From an uncultured Chloroflexia bacterium (GTDB taxonomy: Bacteria > Chloroflexota > Limnocylindria > Limnocylindrales > CSP1-4): a stretch of 64,000 nucleotides of DNA. Below, in pieces: positions 31,017 to 40,943 of this stretch (its first letter is position 1; each line of letters starts with the position of its first letter). The DNA is taken from NCBI GenBank assembly GCA_963713095.1, contig CAVQKK010000009.1:196991-260990 (forward strand). Direction: 5' to 3'. Both the position numbers and the translations under genes were made by a program. The notes under the pieces were generated by a model. The model was not told the DNA's origin, made no database searches, and saw only the letters and a program-made list of their open reading frames with translations.

Positions 31017-32179
31017 CCGCATCCGACCCGTCGAGCGTCGCCGATCCTGCCCGATCAGGACCGGTGGTCGAGCGGGTCCTCGTGGTCAACGCGGGATCGA
31101 GCTCGCTCAAGCTGCGCGTTCTCGACACGGCCGACGCGGTGGTCGCGTCGGCCGACCTGGGCGCCGTCCGCAACGCCGCCGATACGGCCGAGGTGGCCGA
31201 CGCGGTGGCGGGTTTCGGGCGCGTCGACGCGGTGGGCCATCGGATCGTCCACGGCGGGACGGCGTTCCGGCAGCCGGTTCGGGTGGATCGCGGTGTCATC
31301 GACCGGATCACGGCGCTGACCGACCTGGCACCGCTCCACCAGCCCAAGTCACTGGCCGCACTGGGGGCGGTGAGCGACATCCTGCCGAACGTGCCGGCCG
31401 TCGCCTGCTTCGACACCGCGTTCCACGCGACCCTCCCGCCGGCCGCCGCGACCTATGCGCTCCCGTCGCAGTGGCGCAGCCGCTGGGACCTCCGCAGATA
31501 CGGGTTCCACGGGCTTTCGCACGCGTACGCCGCCCGCCGCGCGGCCGAGCTGCTGGGGCGCTCCGGGCGCGGCCTGCGGCTGGTGACCTGCCACCTGGGA
31601 GCCGGCGCGTCCCTGGCCGCGGTGCTCGACGGACGGTCGGTGGACACGACGATGGGCTTCACGCCGCTCGAGGGGCTGGTGATGGCCACGCGATCGGGCA
31701 GCGTCGACCCGGGCCTGGTGCTGTGGCTCGCCGATCACGTGGGCATGCCACCGGCCGAGGTGGCGGCGACGCTCGAGCACCGCTCGGGTCTGCTGGGGCT
31801 GGCCGGAACGGCCGACATGCGGCTGATCCTGGACCGGTCATCGGCCGGCGACGCCGAAGCGATCCTTGCGCTCGAGGTCTACCTGCACCGGCTGCGGGCG
31901 TCGATCGCGGCGATGACGGCTGCGCTGGGCGGTCTCGACGCGATCGTGTTCACGGGCGGTGTCGGCGAGCACTCCCCGGCGATCCGGGCCGCCGCCGCGG
32001 ACGGCCTCGGCTACCTGGGAATCGAGCTCGACCCCGTGCGGAACGAGGCCGACGGGGATTCGACCGACCGGGAGATCGGCGCCGGCGATGCACGGGTCCG
32101 AACGCTGGTCATCGAGGCCCGCGAGGATCTGGAGATCGCCCGCGAGGTGCGCCAGGTGCTGGCGACGGCGGTGGGCTGA
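31013..32179 (+). CDS. ackA: acetate kinase
   Basis: '[15 protein letters not shown]...VGHRIVHGG...' matches the ASKHA fold. ATGA overlap with xfp. Confidence 0.85.
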   Translation: MTASDPSSVADPARSGPVVERVLVVNAGSSSLKLRVLDTADAVVASADLGAVRNAADTAEVADAVAGFGRVDAVGHRIVHGGTAFRQPVRVDRGVIDRITALTDLAPLHQPKSLAALGAVSDILPNVPAVACFDTAFHATLPPAAATYALPSQWRSRWDLRRYGFHGLSHAYAARRAAELLGRSGRGLRLVTCHLGAGASLAAVLDGRSVDTTMGFTPLEGLVMATRSGSVDPGLVLWLADHVGMPPAEVAATLEHRSGLLGLAGTADMRLILDRSSAGDAEAILALEVYLHRLRASIAAMTAALGGLDAIVFTGGVGEHSPAIRAAAADGLGYLGIELDPVRNEADGDSTDREIGAGDARVRTLVIEAREDLEIAREVRQVLATAVG

Positions 32180-32227
32180 CCGAAGCGCGAGCGAACCGAC
32201 CAGGCGCCGGGCGAGGCCAGAGGCGGT

Positions 32228-33130
32228 TCAGTGGAGGTCGCGGACCACCAGCACCGAGCACGGCGCATGGACGAGGACGTTGCGCGCGACGCTGCCCAGC
32301 AGCAGGCGCGCGATGCCCGTATGCCCACGCGTCCCCATCACGATCGTGCCGATCTGCCGTTCCTTGGCGAACCGAATCAGCTCGGCTGCCGGGTCGCCCT
32401 CCAGCGCGATCGGGTCCGCTATCAGGCCCGCCACCGCGAGCCGCCCCGCCGCCGTGCTCGCTTCCTGGCGGACCTCCTCGCGGGCCTCGTCGACGGACCT
32501 TGTGTAGGAGTCGAGGACCTGGTCATAGAGGCCGGGAGTGAAGCCGGCGGCGACCGGGACGGCCGTCTCGGCGACGGTGACCACGCTGACGCGGTGGCCC
32601 TTGAAGATCGGCCACTGCGCGAGCACCGCCTCCGCGCCGCGGGCCGGAGTCGACCCATCGTCTGCGAAGGCGATCGCGCCCAGCAATTCGGCGCGCGCCA
32701 CGAGGACCGGACACGGGGCGTGGTCGACGACCTCGGCCGCCGTGCTGCCCAGCACCATCGTCGCGATCGTGCCGTGGCCACGGCTCCCCAGCACGATCAG
32801 GTCCGCCTCCATCGCGCCGGCCTCGTCGACGATCGCGCTGGCGGGGCGGCCTCGTACCAGGAACCCCTCGACCTTGCGTCCCGCACCGGCCAGCAGGCGC
32901 TCGGAGCGCTCGACGGCCTCTCGCCGATTGCGGGCATCGATCTCTTCCTCCGTCTCGAGCTCGCGGCCACCCTCGCCACCCGTGGCCCAGGCCAGGGACA
33001 GGACGTCGAGATACGGCTGCTGGGCGGCGACGATCCGCAGCATCGAGCCGTCCGGCAGCTGGAGGGTGGAAACGAGCCGCGTGGCGCGGTCGCTGCAGGC
33101 CGAGCCGTCGACCGCGAGCAGGATGCGCAT
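32228..33130 (-). CDS. tandem universal stress protein (two UspA domains)
   Basis: 'MRILLAVDGS' and 'TIVMGTRGHTGIARLLLGSVA' followed by a second copy 'LIVLGSRGHGTIATMVLGSTA'. Confidence 0.75.
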   Translation of the reverse strand: MRILLAVDGSACSDRATRLVSTLQLPDGSMLRIVAAQQPYLDVLSLAWATGGEGGRELETEEEIDARNRREAVERSERLLAGAGRKVEGFLVRGRPASAIVDEAGAMEADLIVLGSRGHGTIATMVLGSTAAEVVDHAPCPVLVARAELLGAIAFADDGSTPARGAEAVLAQWPIFKGHRVSVVTVAETAVPVAAGFTPGLYDQVLDSYTRSVDEAREEVRQEASTAAGRLAVAGLIADPIALEGDPAAELIRFAKERQIGTIVMGTRGHTGIARLLLGSVARNVLVHAPCSVLVVRDLH

Positions 33131-33259
33131 CGGGCACCTCCGATCCCTGTCATCGTCGACCCGCGGGCCGCCCGCAGGATCGGCCGAACGTCCCGATCGC
33201 GGCAGCCGTTGCGCCCGCCGGCCGACGTCCGCGCGGATGACGCTTGGATCGGGCCCGGG

Positions 33260-34336
33260 TCAGGTTCCCGCGGGTCCCACGCGTCCCGCGGCGAGGGACC
33301 CGATGCGGCCCACGAGCCGCTCCAGAAACACGGCGGCATCCACGTCGGTCGCCACGTCGGCGTTGGGGTTGCGGCCGGTCAGCCCGCGCCAGTCGGCGAT
33401 CGTCTGGCCGTCGCCGGGCCCCCCGTTGGCATCCACCTCGACCGCAACCGCCCGGGTGCCGACGAGCGATGGGTCGAGGGCCGCCGCGACGACGAGCGGG
33501 TCGTGAACGAACGCGCCGTAGAAGCCGTCGCAGCGGGCGTGGAACTCGAAGTAGAAGCGAAGGGCATCCGCGAGGAACCGGATCACTGGGTTGCTGGCGA
33601 CCGAGCGCCGCTCCGGGCTGCCCGGCGGGCGACCCGGATCGAGCGAGTCGTCGGGCCGGCTGCCGGCACGGCGGGCGAGGGCGACGATGTGATCGGTGGT
33701 GAGCCGGGCCTGCTCGGTCACGTCGAGCCCCATGACCAGGGCCCGCGCCACGGGATCGCCCGTCTCGACGGCAGCCTGCCACGCCCCGAACGCGAGGCGC
33801 GCCGCCTCCGGATCGCAGTGGATGTTCCACTCGCTGGCAGGCGTCGTGTTGCCGGGGACCCGGAACGCGCCGCCCATGCACACCCAGCGGTGGAGCAGGA
33901 ACGGCAGCCGCGGCTCCTCGCACACGGCGAGCGCCAGGCTCGTGAGCGGGCCCAGCGTGACCAGGACGAGCTCGCCCGGTCGCCGGCGCGCCTCGTCGAC
34001 GATCAGCCGCGACGCCGATCGGCCGGTCGCAGCGGGGGGCGGCTCGGGCAGCTCCGCGTAGCCCAGGCCGTGCGGACCGTGCGTCTCGGGCGTGATCTCC
34101 AGCGGCCGGTCGAGCGGGGCATGCTGACCGGGGGTGACCTCGATGTCGGGCCGTCCGACCAGGCGCAGCACGGCTCGCGTGTTGCGGAACGTGTCATCCA
34201 GGGCGGCGTTGCCCGCCGAGCAGGTCACCGCGACCAGGTCGGCCTCGGGGCTGGCACACGCGTACAGCAGCGCCAGCGCGTCGTCGATGCCCGTGTCCAC
34301 GTCGAGGATCAGGGGAACGTGCGGAGTCCGCATCAC
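33260..34336 (-). CDS. inosine-uridine preferring nucleoside hydrolase family protein
   Basis: N-terminal 'LILDVDTGIDDALAL' is the Ca-binding Asp cluster of IU-NH. Confidence 0.75.
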   Translation of the reverse strand: MMRTPHVPLILDVDTGIDDALALLYACASPEADLVAVTCSAGNAALDDTFRNTRAVLRLVGRPDIEVTPGQHAPLDRPLEITPETHGPHGLGYAELPEPPPAATGRSASRLIVDEARRRPGELVLVTLGPLTSLALAVCEEPRLPFLLHRWVCMGGAFRVPGNTTPASEWNIHCDPEAARLAFGAWQAAVETGDPVARALVMGLDVTEQARLTTDHIVALARRAGSRPDDSLDPGRPPGSPERRSVASNPVIRFLADALRFYFEFHARCDGFYGAFVHDPLVVAAALDPSLVGTRAVAVEVDANGGPGDGQTIADWRGLTGRNPNADVATDVDAAVFLERLVGRIGSLAAGRVGPAGT

Positions 34337-34383
34337 TCCGAGATGCTACTTGGGCGGCGAACGCACGTCGCCGTGGGCTGGCC

Positions 34384-34956
34384 GTGCAGCGTTTGCAGGC
34401 CGAGCAGCGTCAGGAGGATGTGGCAACGGTGAGGGACGGGCGAGCGATGGGCGATGAGCGCGCCGGACCGGATCCTGCCAGCCAGATCGTCGAGGACGTG
34501 CATGGTCGTCACGGGCAACGGTTGTGGGGGTTCGTCCGCCGCCTCGGGCTCACCGACGAGGAGGCGGCCGACGTGGTGCAGGAGGCGCTGCTGCGCCTGC
34601 TCCGCGCGTGCGATCGGGGGCCACTGGTGGAGCAGCCGGTTGCGTGGACGTACACGGCCGTGTACCGGCTGGCGATGGATCGGCACCGCCTGCGGCGGCG
34701 CTGGCAGGCGGCGCTGGATCGCGCGACAAGCGAACGCGCCGCGCCTCCGCCAGATGCCGATGCGCTCATCGCCGTCTGGGCCGAGGTCGATCGGCTGCCG
34801 GAGCGGCAACGCGCGGTGCTCTACCTCCGCTACCGGGCAGACCTTGCCTTCGACGACATCGGCGGGATCCTGGGGATCGGCTCCTCGTCGGCTCGAGGCA
34901 ATGCGTCGCGCGGGTTGGCCACCCTCCGGAGCCGGCTCGCCGGCAGGGACGAGTAG
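34384..34956 (+). CDS. ECF (sigma-70 family) RNA polymerase sigma factor
   Basis: Sigma region 2 'LLRACDRGPLVEQPVAWTYTAVYRLAMDRHR' and region 4 'LPERQRAVLYLRYRADLAFDDIGGILG'. The start may be a later in-frame Met. Confidence 0.7.
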   Translation: MQRLQAEQRQEDVATVRDGRAMGDERAGPDPASQIVEDVHGRHGQRLWGFVRRLGLTDEEAADVVQEALLRLLRACDRGPLVEQPVAWTYTAVYRLAMDRHRLRRRWQAALDRATSERAAPPPDADALIAVWAEVDRLPERQRAVLYLRYRADLAFDDIGGILGIGSSSARGNASRGLATLRSRLAGRDE

Positions 34957-36588
34957 ATGAAGCCTGAGCGGATCGAGGAGTTGCTCCGATCGCAACCGCC
35001 CGACGAGGGCAGCCATCGCCCGGAGCGCCTGCTCGTCACCCCGACCGTGCGCGCCAGGCCCACTACCCGGGCTCGTCGACCAGTCGCCGGCGCGGCGGCT
35101 GCCATCGGCTCGGTTGCCCTGGTCGGGTTGATGCTGGTGGTGTTGATGCTCGGGCCGCTCGCCGGCCCATCGGTCGGTCCGTCACCGTCCGCACCCTCGG
35201 CGAGCCCGACCGCGCAGCTGTCACCGGAGCCGTCCCCCGCGAAGGCGCCGAACCTGGGCGCGATCCCGTGGCTCGACGCCACGTCCGAACCCTCGCCGAC
35301 CCCGGCGCCCACCAGCGACCCGCGCTCGCTGCCGCCGTGCACTGCCCGCGACCTCGTGCTTGTGGCCGGCGGCTGGAGCGGCGCCACGGGATCGGAGGGA
35401 GGCGGCGCCACCGTCATCAATCTGTCGGGCACCCCGTGCACCGTCAGCGGCCGACCGGGGGTCGACCTGCTCGATGCCCGGGGCAGGGTGATCGCGAAGG
35501 GCGTGGACAAGCCCACCACTGGCCCCGACCTCGTGGTGCTCCAGCGTGGCGGGGTGGCCGGAGTGATCACCGTCTGGCAGAACTGGTGCGGCGATCCGCC
35601 GCGACGCCCGCTGAGCGTCCGGATGTCCCTGCCCGGCGACGCGGGCGATCTCGAAGCCACGGTCCATGGCTGGCTGGGCGCGGGGCCCGACAGCCTCCCG
35701 CGCTGCGACGCACCCGGTGCCGGCTCCAGCTTCGGCGTTCCGCTCGACTTCTCAGCACCCTACCCCTCGGACGGCGGCTATCAGCCGGCGATCTGCACGC
35801 CGGACGCGCTGCTGGCCTTCCTGGGCGGCTGGGGCGGCGCGGCCGGAACGTCCTACGCTCCTATCATCGTCCTCAACGCTAGCCTCTTCGACTGCCTGCT
35901 CGATCCGTCCCCGGCGCTCGAGCTCCAGGACGCAGCCGGAGAGCGGATCGACCTGACCCCATTCGCGTCGCCAGCGGCGTCGACACCGATCGTGCTGCCC
36001 TCGGGCCGGGCCGCTACCGGCATGCTCCGCTTCGCCGACTGGTGCGTCGCACCGCCGGCCAAGCCCCTCGACCTCGCCCTGCGTTTCAACAGCGGGACGC
36101 TCAAGGTCGAAGCCAGGTCGGGCGTCCCGGTGCCCGCGTGCATGAGCGCCCCGCAGACGCCGCCGCCGACGCTGTTCCTCGACCAACCACTGACCGTTCC
36201 CGGCAACGCCATCGCCCCGCCGCCCAACCCCATCGACAGCCTGCCGCTGCGGGTGACCATCTCGGCACCCGCCACGGCGGCGCCGGGCAGCGAGCTCGAC
36301 TACACCGTGACGATCAGCAACCAGTCGACCGACGGAACCGCCTACGATCTCGCCGCGCTGTGTCCCGGGTACTCGGAACGCCTGTTCCTGCCGGGGGCCA
36401 AGGCGGCGACCATCACCCGTCACGTGCTGAACTGCCGGCCGGCCGGTGTGCTCGAGGCCGAGCTCAGCCTCACGTTCGCCATGCGTCTCCCGATCCCCCC
36501 GGATGCGCCGACCGGCAGGGCAGCGCTCGTGTGGATGCTGGGCGACCTCGGTCCGAGCGCGAAGGCGGTGTTCCAGATCGAACCTTGA
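34957..36588 (+). CDS. anti-sigma factor-like membrane protein with two extracytoplasmic DUF4232-like repeats
   Basis: ATG immediately after the sigma gene stop. It has a short cytoplasmic N-terminus, one TM segment, a Pro/Ser-rich linker and two repeats of the form 'C...AGG...GAAG...VLNxS...C.L'. Confidence 0.55.
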   Translation: MKPERIEELLRSQPPDEGSHRPERLLVTPTVRARPTTRARRPVAGAAAAIGSVALVGLMLVVLMLGPLAGPSVGPSPSAPSASPTAQLSPEPSPAKAPNLGAIPWLDATSEPSPTPAPTSDPRSLPPCTARDLVLVAGGWSGATGSEGGGATVINLSGTPCTVSGRPGVDLLDARGRVIAKGVDKPTTGPDLVVLQRGGVAGVITVWQNWCGDPPRRPLSVRMSLPGDAGDLEATVHGWLGAGPDSLPRCDAPGAGSSFGVPLDFSAPYPSDGGYQPAICTPDALLAFLGGWGGAAGTSYAPIIVLNASLFDCLLDPSPALELQDAAGERIDLTPFASPAASTPIVLPSGRAATGMLRFADWCVAPPAKPLDLALRFNSGTLKVEARSGVPVPACMSAPQTPPPTLFLDQPLTVPGNAIAPPPNPIDSLPLRVTISAPATAAPGSELDYTVTISNQSTDGTAYDLAALCPGYSERLFLPGAKAATITRHVLNCRPAGVLEAELSLTFAMRLPIPPDAPTGRAALVWMLGDLGPSAKAVFQIEP

Positions 36589-36615
36589 GGTCGGAGCTGG
36601 TCAGCCAGCGGCGAG

Positions 36616-37158
36616 TCACGGCGAACCGGTGAGCCAGCGCCAGGCGCGGTCGATCGCCTCGAGCGCGGTGATGTCGTCGAACAGCCGGGCATAGTGGAGG
36701 GCCCACTCCTGGATCTCCTTGACGGCCAGCAGGCTGCCGAGCGCCACGACCAGCGAGGGCTTGGTCCAGGGCACCGGAACCCAGCGGTGGTGGAGCAGCG
36801 CGACCAGCAGGAACCACGGCTCGAACACGTTGGGGAACAGCGGCAACAGGGCGCGCTCGCCGCTGAGCTCGAACGCGACGAAGCCCACCATCCGCCACGT
36901 GAACAGCGCCACGCTCACCCACCGGTCGGGCCCGGTCCAGCGGAGCGCCACGATCAGGAACGTGGCCATGTAGGCGAGATCGAGGACCTTGTCCAGCCGC
37001 TGGTAGTCGGGCACGCCGCCCAGGTCGAGGACGTTCATCAGCAGCAGATCCGACAGGTCGATCAGGATCGCAAGGATCCCGCCTGCCAGCGGCCAGCGGA
37101 GCACCGGTAGCGAGCCGGCGATCCTGACCAACGCGATGACCAGGACCTCGAGGGTCAT
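36616..37158 (-). CDS. hypothetical integral membrane protein
   Basis: 180 aa, multiple TM helices, coding-like GC3. No family recognised. Confidence 0.4.
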   Translation of the reverse strand: MTLEVLVIALVRIAGSLPVLRWPLAGGILAILIDLSDLLLMNVLDLGGVPDYQRLDKVLDLAYMATFLIVALRWTGPDRWVSVALFTWRMVGFVAFELSGERALLPLFPNVFEPWFLLVALLHHRWVPVPWTKPSLVVALGSLLAVKEIQEWALHYARLFDDITALEAIDRAWRWLTGSP

Positions 37159-37189
37159 GCCCCATTGCTCCTCGAGCTCGCCCTCGCGA

Positions 37190-38870
37190 TCAGGCGACCG
37201 TGGCCATCAGCGCACGCTCGGCGAGACCCAGCGGCAGCGCTCCCGAGGAGGTGATCGTGTCATGGAACACGCGCAGCACCTCGACCGGCACATCCGCGGG
37301 GGGGACATCGGCGAGCCCGCGTGCTGCCAGATACCGATCGCGGATCGCGAGGATCTCCAGGCAGCCGGTCAGGTACGAGGAGGCCTGCGTGGGCCACCAG
37401 CAATAGCGGCCGACCTCCACCCTGGCCACCGGCTCGGGCATCGCCGTCCGGTCGCGCATGAAGTCGACCGCCTCGTCGAACGACATCTCGCCCAGGTGGA
37501 GCGAGGTGTCGACGATGATCCTGGCCGCCCGGAACAGGCTCGCGTTGAGATGGTGGAGCTCGTGGACCGGGTTCTCGAAGAACCCGCGCTCGCGCATCAC
37601 GCGCTCCGCGTAGAGCGCCCAGCCCTCGTTGAAGTACGGCGTCGAGTACACGCGCCGGACCTCGGACGCATGGGCCTTGCGCATGACGAGGTGCCAGTGG
37701 TGACCCGGATAGGTCTCGTGGACCGTCGTGGACGGGATCGATCCGTATGAGTTGCTCGCCAGCCGTGACTGGACCTCGGTCTCCGACGCCCCGTCCGGGG
37801 CGAACGGGACGAAGAAGTGCCCCTTCCAGCGATCCGAGAAGGATGGCGGCGCCGTGTACGAGGCCACGCCCACCACGGGTCGCTGGAACACGGGCGAGGG
37901 CACGACCGCGCAGGTCTCGCCGGCCGGCAGCGTGACCAGCCCCGTCTCGACCAGGAAGGCCCGCGCCCGCGTGGTCCACTCGGCATAGCTGTCGAGCATC
38001 GCCTGCTCGGTGGGCGGGTGATGCTCGTCGTCGTCGCGCAGGACATCCACGTAGTCCGGGTTGCCGGTCGCGTCGCGGGCGAGCGCGGTCATCTGGGTGT
38101 CGAGGCGTTCGAGCTCCTGCCAGCCGCGATCACGAAGCGAGTGGGCGTCGTCGCTCAGGACCTCGCGCTCGCGGAGGATTCGCGTGTAGCGCTCCTCACC
38201 CAGCTGCCAGGTGCCGCGGGCTCTGCTGCGCAGGTCGTCGAGGTGGGCGACCCAGCGCTCGAGGTGCGCAGCGGCGGCCGCCCCGGCCGTCTGCAGCCGA
38301 TCCCGGTCGCGGCCGTCCTCGACCTCGAGCCGGACGAGGTCCCGGACGTAACGAACAGCACCCTTCGCGGCGCTCATGCCGCGCTCGACGATCAGCGGAT
38401 GGGCGAGCGTGGCATCGAGGTTCTCGATCCCCGAATCGACGGCGGCTCCCGCCTGCTCCAGCCGCGCGATGGCGGCATCGACGAGGTCGGCCTCCGGACG
38501 CAGACGCTGGAGGAACAGGGTGAACAGGCCACCCGTGATCGGCCCGGAGTACACCACGGGATCTCGCTTCCAGGGCTCGAACGACGCCATGATCAGCCGG
38601 CCCGCGAGCGTCGAGCGGGCCAGGTCGCGGTCGATGGCCTCCTCGGCGGTCAGCGACGCGACGTCGATGGCGTCGAGACGCGCGAGGAAGGTTGCGGCGT
38701 CAGCGTCGCGGGCCCGGAACGCATCGGCCGACAGATCGTCGAGGCGCTCGTCGAAGTCGGTCAGCCCGAGGGCGCTGGCGGCAACCGGGGCCGCGTCGAA
38801 GTCGGCGGCGAGCAGATCGCGAAGGACGCCTTCCAGGGTGGCGGCCGCGTCGTCGGGATTGGGCATCATC
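37190..38870 (-). CDS. DUF885 family protein (putative metallopeptidase-like)
   Basis: 'VHETYPGHHWH...NEGWALYAE' is the DUF885 signature. Start at the ATG at 38870 after a GGAGA RBS. Confidence 0.7.
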
Positions 38871-38901
38871 GGTCTCCGGGCTGGGCGTTCCTGGGCGCCG
38901 A

Positions 38902-39765
38902 TCAGGGCGCCTTCGAGCTCACGAACCGGCACCGGTCGGCGATGGGGCACAGCTCGTGCTTGGGGTTCCGGGCGTGGCACATGGCTCGTCCGTGGTGGAT
39001 GAGCAGCACGTGTGCGGCGTACATCTCGTCAGGCTCGAGCAATCCGAGGAACAGGTCGTGGGCCTGATCGGCCGTCGCCTTGAGCGGGATGAGGCCGATC
39101 CGCTGGCTGACCCGCTCCACATGGCGGTCGACAGGCATCAGCGGCATCCCGAAGCAGAACAGGAGCACGATCGATGCGGTCTTTCTGCCGATGCCGTCGA
39201 TCGCGGTCAGCCAGTCGCGTGCCTCGAGCGGGGCCAGCTCGCCCAGGAACCCGAGCGAGTAGTCACCGCGCTGCTCCCGGATATGGCGCAGCATGGCCTG
39301 GATCCGGGGTGCCTTCTGGGGCCCCAGGCCGCCGGGCCGGATCACGTCGATGAGCTCGGGCAGGGGAGCGTTCTCGACCATCGACCAGTCAGGCGGCGCC
39401 GCAGTGGACAGTCCCTCCCCGCCCCAGCCGATGCCAGGCTGGTGGATCTCGGGCGCTCGATCGCTCGGGTACGCGATCCGAAGAGCCTCGTACGCCTTCT
39501 CGGCGTTCACGTCGGCGGTGTTCTGGGTCAGGATCGTGAGCACGAGCTCGCTCGTGGGGTCGAGGCGAGGCTCCCAGTGCTGCGCGCCGTAGACGCCGGC
39601 GAGACCGTCCAGCACGTATCGCTGGAGCCCGGGCCGGTACCGGCGCAGGTAGCTCGCCCACCTCCGTGTCGGGTCGACGGTCTTGCGGGCCTTGCGCGAC
39701 GGCACGCTCCTGCGCGCATCCGGCTTCGATGCGCTCGTGGTCGCCACAGTCTCCGAGGGCACCCG
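38902..39765 (-). CDS. HhH-GPD superfamily base-excision glycosylase (endonuclease III-like)
   Basis: 'LVLTILTQNTADVNAEKAYEAL' plus the [4Fe-4S] loop 'CHARNPKHELCPIADRC'. The start is uncertain; the longest ORF (to 39828) would overlap glycerate kinase by 50 nt. Confidence 0.65.
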   Translation of the reverse strand, partial: RVPSETVATTSASKPDARRSVPSRKARKTVDPTRRWASYLRRYRPGLQRYVLDGLAGVYGAQHWEPRLDPTSELVLTILTQNTADVNAEKAYEALRIAYPSDRAPEIHQPGIGWGGEGLSTAAPPDWSMVENAPLPELIDVIRPGGLGPQKAPRIQAMLRHIREQRGDYSLGFLGELAPLEARDWLTAIDGIGRKTASIVLLFCFGMPLMPVDRHVERVSQRIGLIPLKATADQAHDLFLGLLEPDEMYAAHVLLIHHGRAMCHARNPKHELCPIADRCRFVSSKAP

Positions 39766-39778
39766 TCCACCCGTGGAC

Positions 39779-40930
39779 CTAGCCACGTTGGGCTCCCAGG
39801 CTGACCAGGCGAGCCACGCGCTCGCCACAGCGCTCGAGCGGGGCGGTCCCCGCGGCCATCGCCGCCTCGACGGTCTGTGGATGCTCCACGACCGGCACGG
39901 CCACCGCGTCGACGGTCGCCATGGCCTCGACTCCCTCGGCTGTCACCCCGCCTCCGATCGCGATGCACGGCTTGCCGGCGGCCTGCGCCCGAAGAGCGAC
40001 CCCGAGCGCCGTCTTGCCGAACGCGGTCTGGACGTCGATCCGCCCCTCCCCGGTGAGCACGAGATCGGCGCTCGCCAGGGCCCGGTCGAAGCCGGCCTCC
40101 TCCATCACCAGGTCGATCCCGGGTCGCAGCTCGAGCGACGCGAACCGGTCGGTCAGGCACAGCAGGCCGAACCCGACGCCACCGGCCGCGCCGGCGCCCG
40201 GCGTGTCGCGCTCGCGCCGCCCGGTTGCCGTCTCCATCGCATCGGCGAACCGTGCCAGCCGGGCGTCCAGCAGGGCGACGTCCTCCGCGTCGGCGCCCTT
40301 CTGCGGACCGTAGGTGGCGGCCGCACCGGCCGGCCCGAGCAGCGGGTTCGTCACGTCACACGCGATCCGTAGCCTCGTCTCTGCGAGTCGCGGATCAAGC
40401 CCGGACAGGTCAACCGCGCCGAGGTCGTCGGCGACGTCTGCGCCGAGCGCACGCAGCAGACCCGCGGCTCCGTCGGTGGTCGCGCTGCCCCCGATCCCAA
40501 GAGCGATGTCGCGGATCCCGGCGTCGAGCACGGCGCGCAGCAGGTCTCCCACTCCGTGGCTGGTGGCCCCACGGGCGTCGCGTTCCCTGGGAGCCAGCCG
40601 CGACAGGCCCGATGCAGCGGCCATCTCGACGATCGCGGCCCTGCCGTCATCGCGCGCCAGCCAGCGTGCGCGCATCGGGCGGCCCAGGGGGTCGAGGGCA
40701 TCCGCTTCTCGCCACTGCCACTGGCCGGCAGCCTCGATCGCGACCAGCGTCCCCTCGCCGCCGTCTGCCAGCGGCGCCAACCGGATCTCGTCGGCGGGTC
40801 GAGCTCGCAGCCAGCCCACCTCGAGCGCGCGCGCGACCTCGACGCTGGTGAGCGCGCCCTTGAACGAGTCGGGGGCGATGAGCACGTGCAACCGATGCCC
40901 CGCACCAGCCCGCGCGCGGTCCATCGTCAC
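39779..40930 (-). CDS. glycerate kinase
   Basis: 'HVLIAPDSFKGALTSVEVA...PLADGGEGT...GGSATTDGAAG' matches the glycerate kinase family. Confidence 0.75.
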   Translation of the reverse strand: MTMDRARAGAGHRLHVLIAPDSFKGALTSVEVARALEVGWLRARPADEIRLAPLADGGEGTLVAIEAAGQWQWREADALDPLGRPMRARWLARDDGRAAIVEMAAASGLSRLAPRERDARGATSHGVGDLLRAVLDAGIRDIALGIGGSATTDGAAGLLRALGADVADDLGAVDLSGLDPRLAETRLRIACDVTNPLLGPAGAAATYGPQKGADAEDVALLDARLARFADAMETATGRRERDTPGAGAAGGVGFGLLCLTDRFASLELRPGIDLVMEEAGFDRALASADLVLTGEGRIDVQTAFGKTALGVALRAQAAGKPCIAIGGGVTAEGVEAMATVDAVAVPVVEHPQTVEAAMAAGTAPLERCGERVARLVSLGAQRG

Positions 40931-40943
40931 GCGCGGTCCATCG

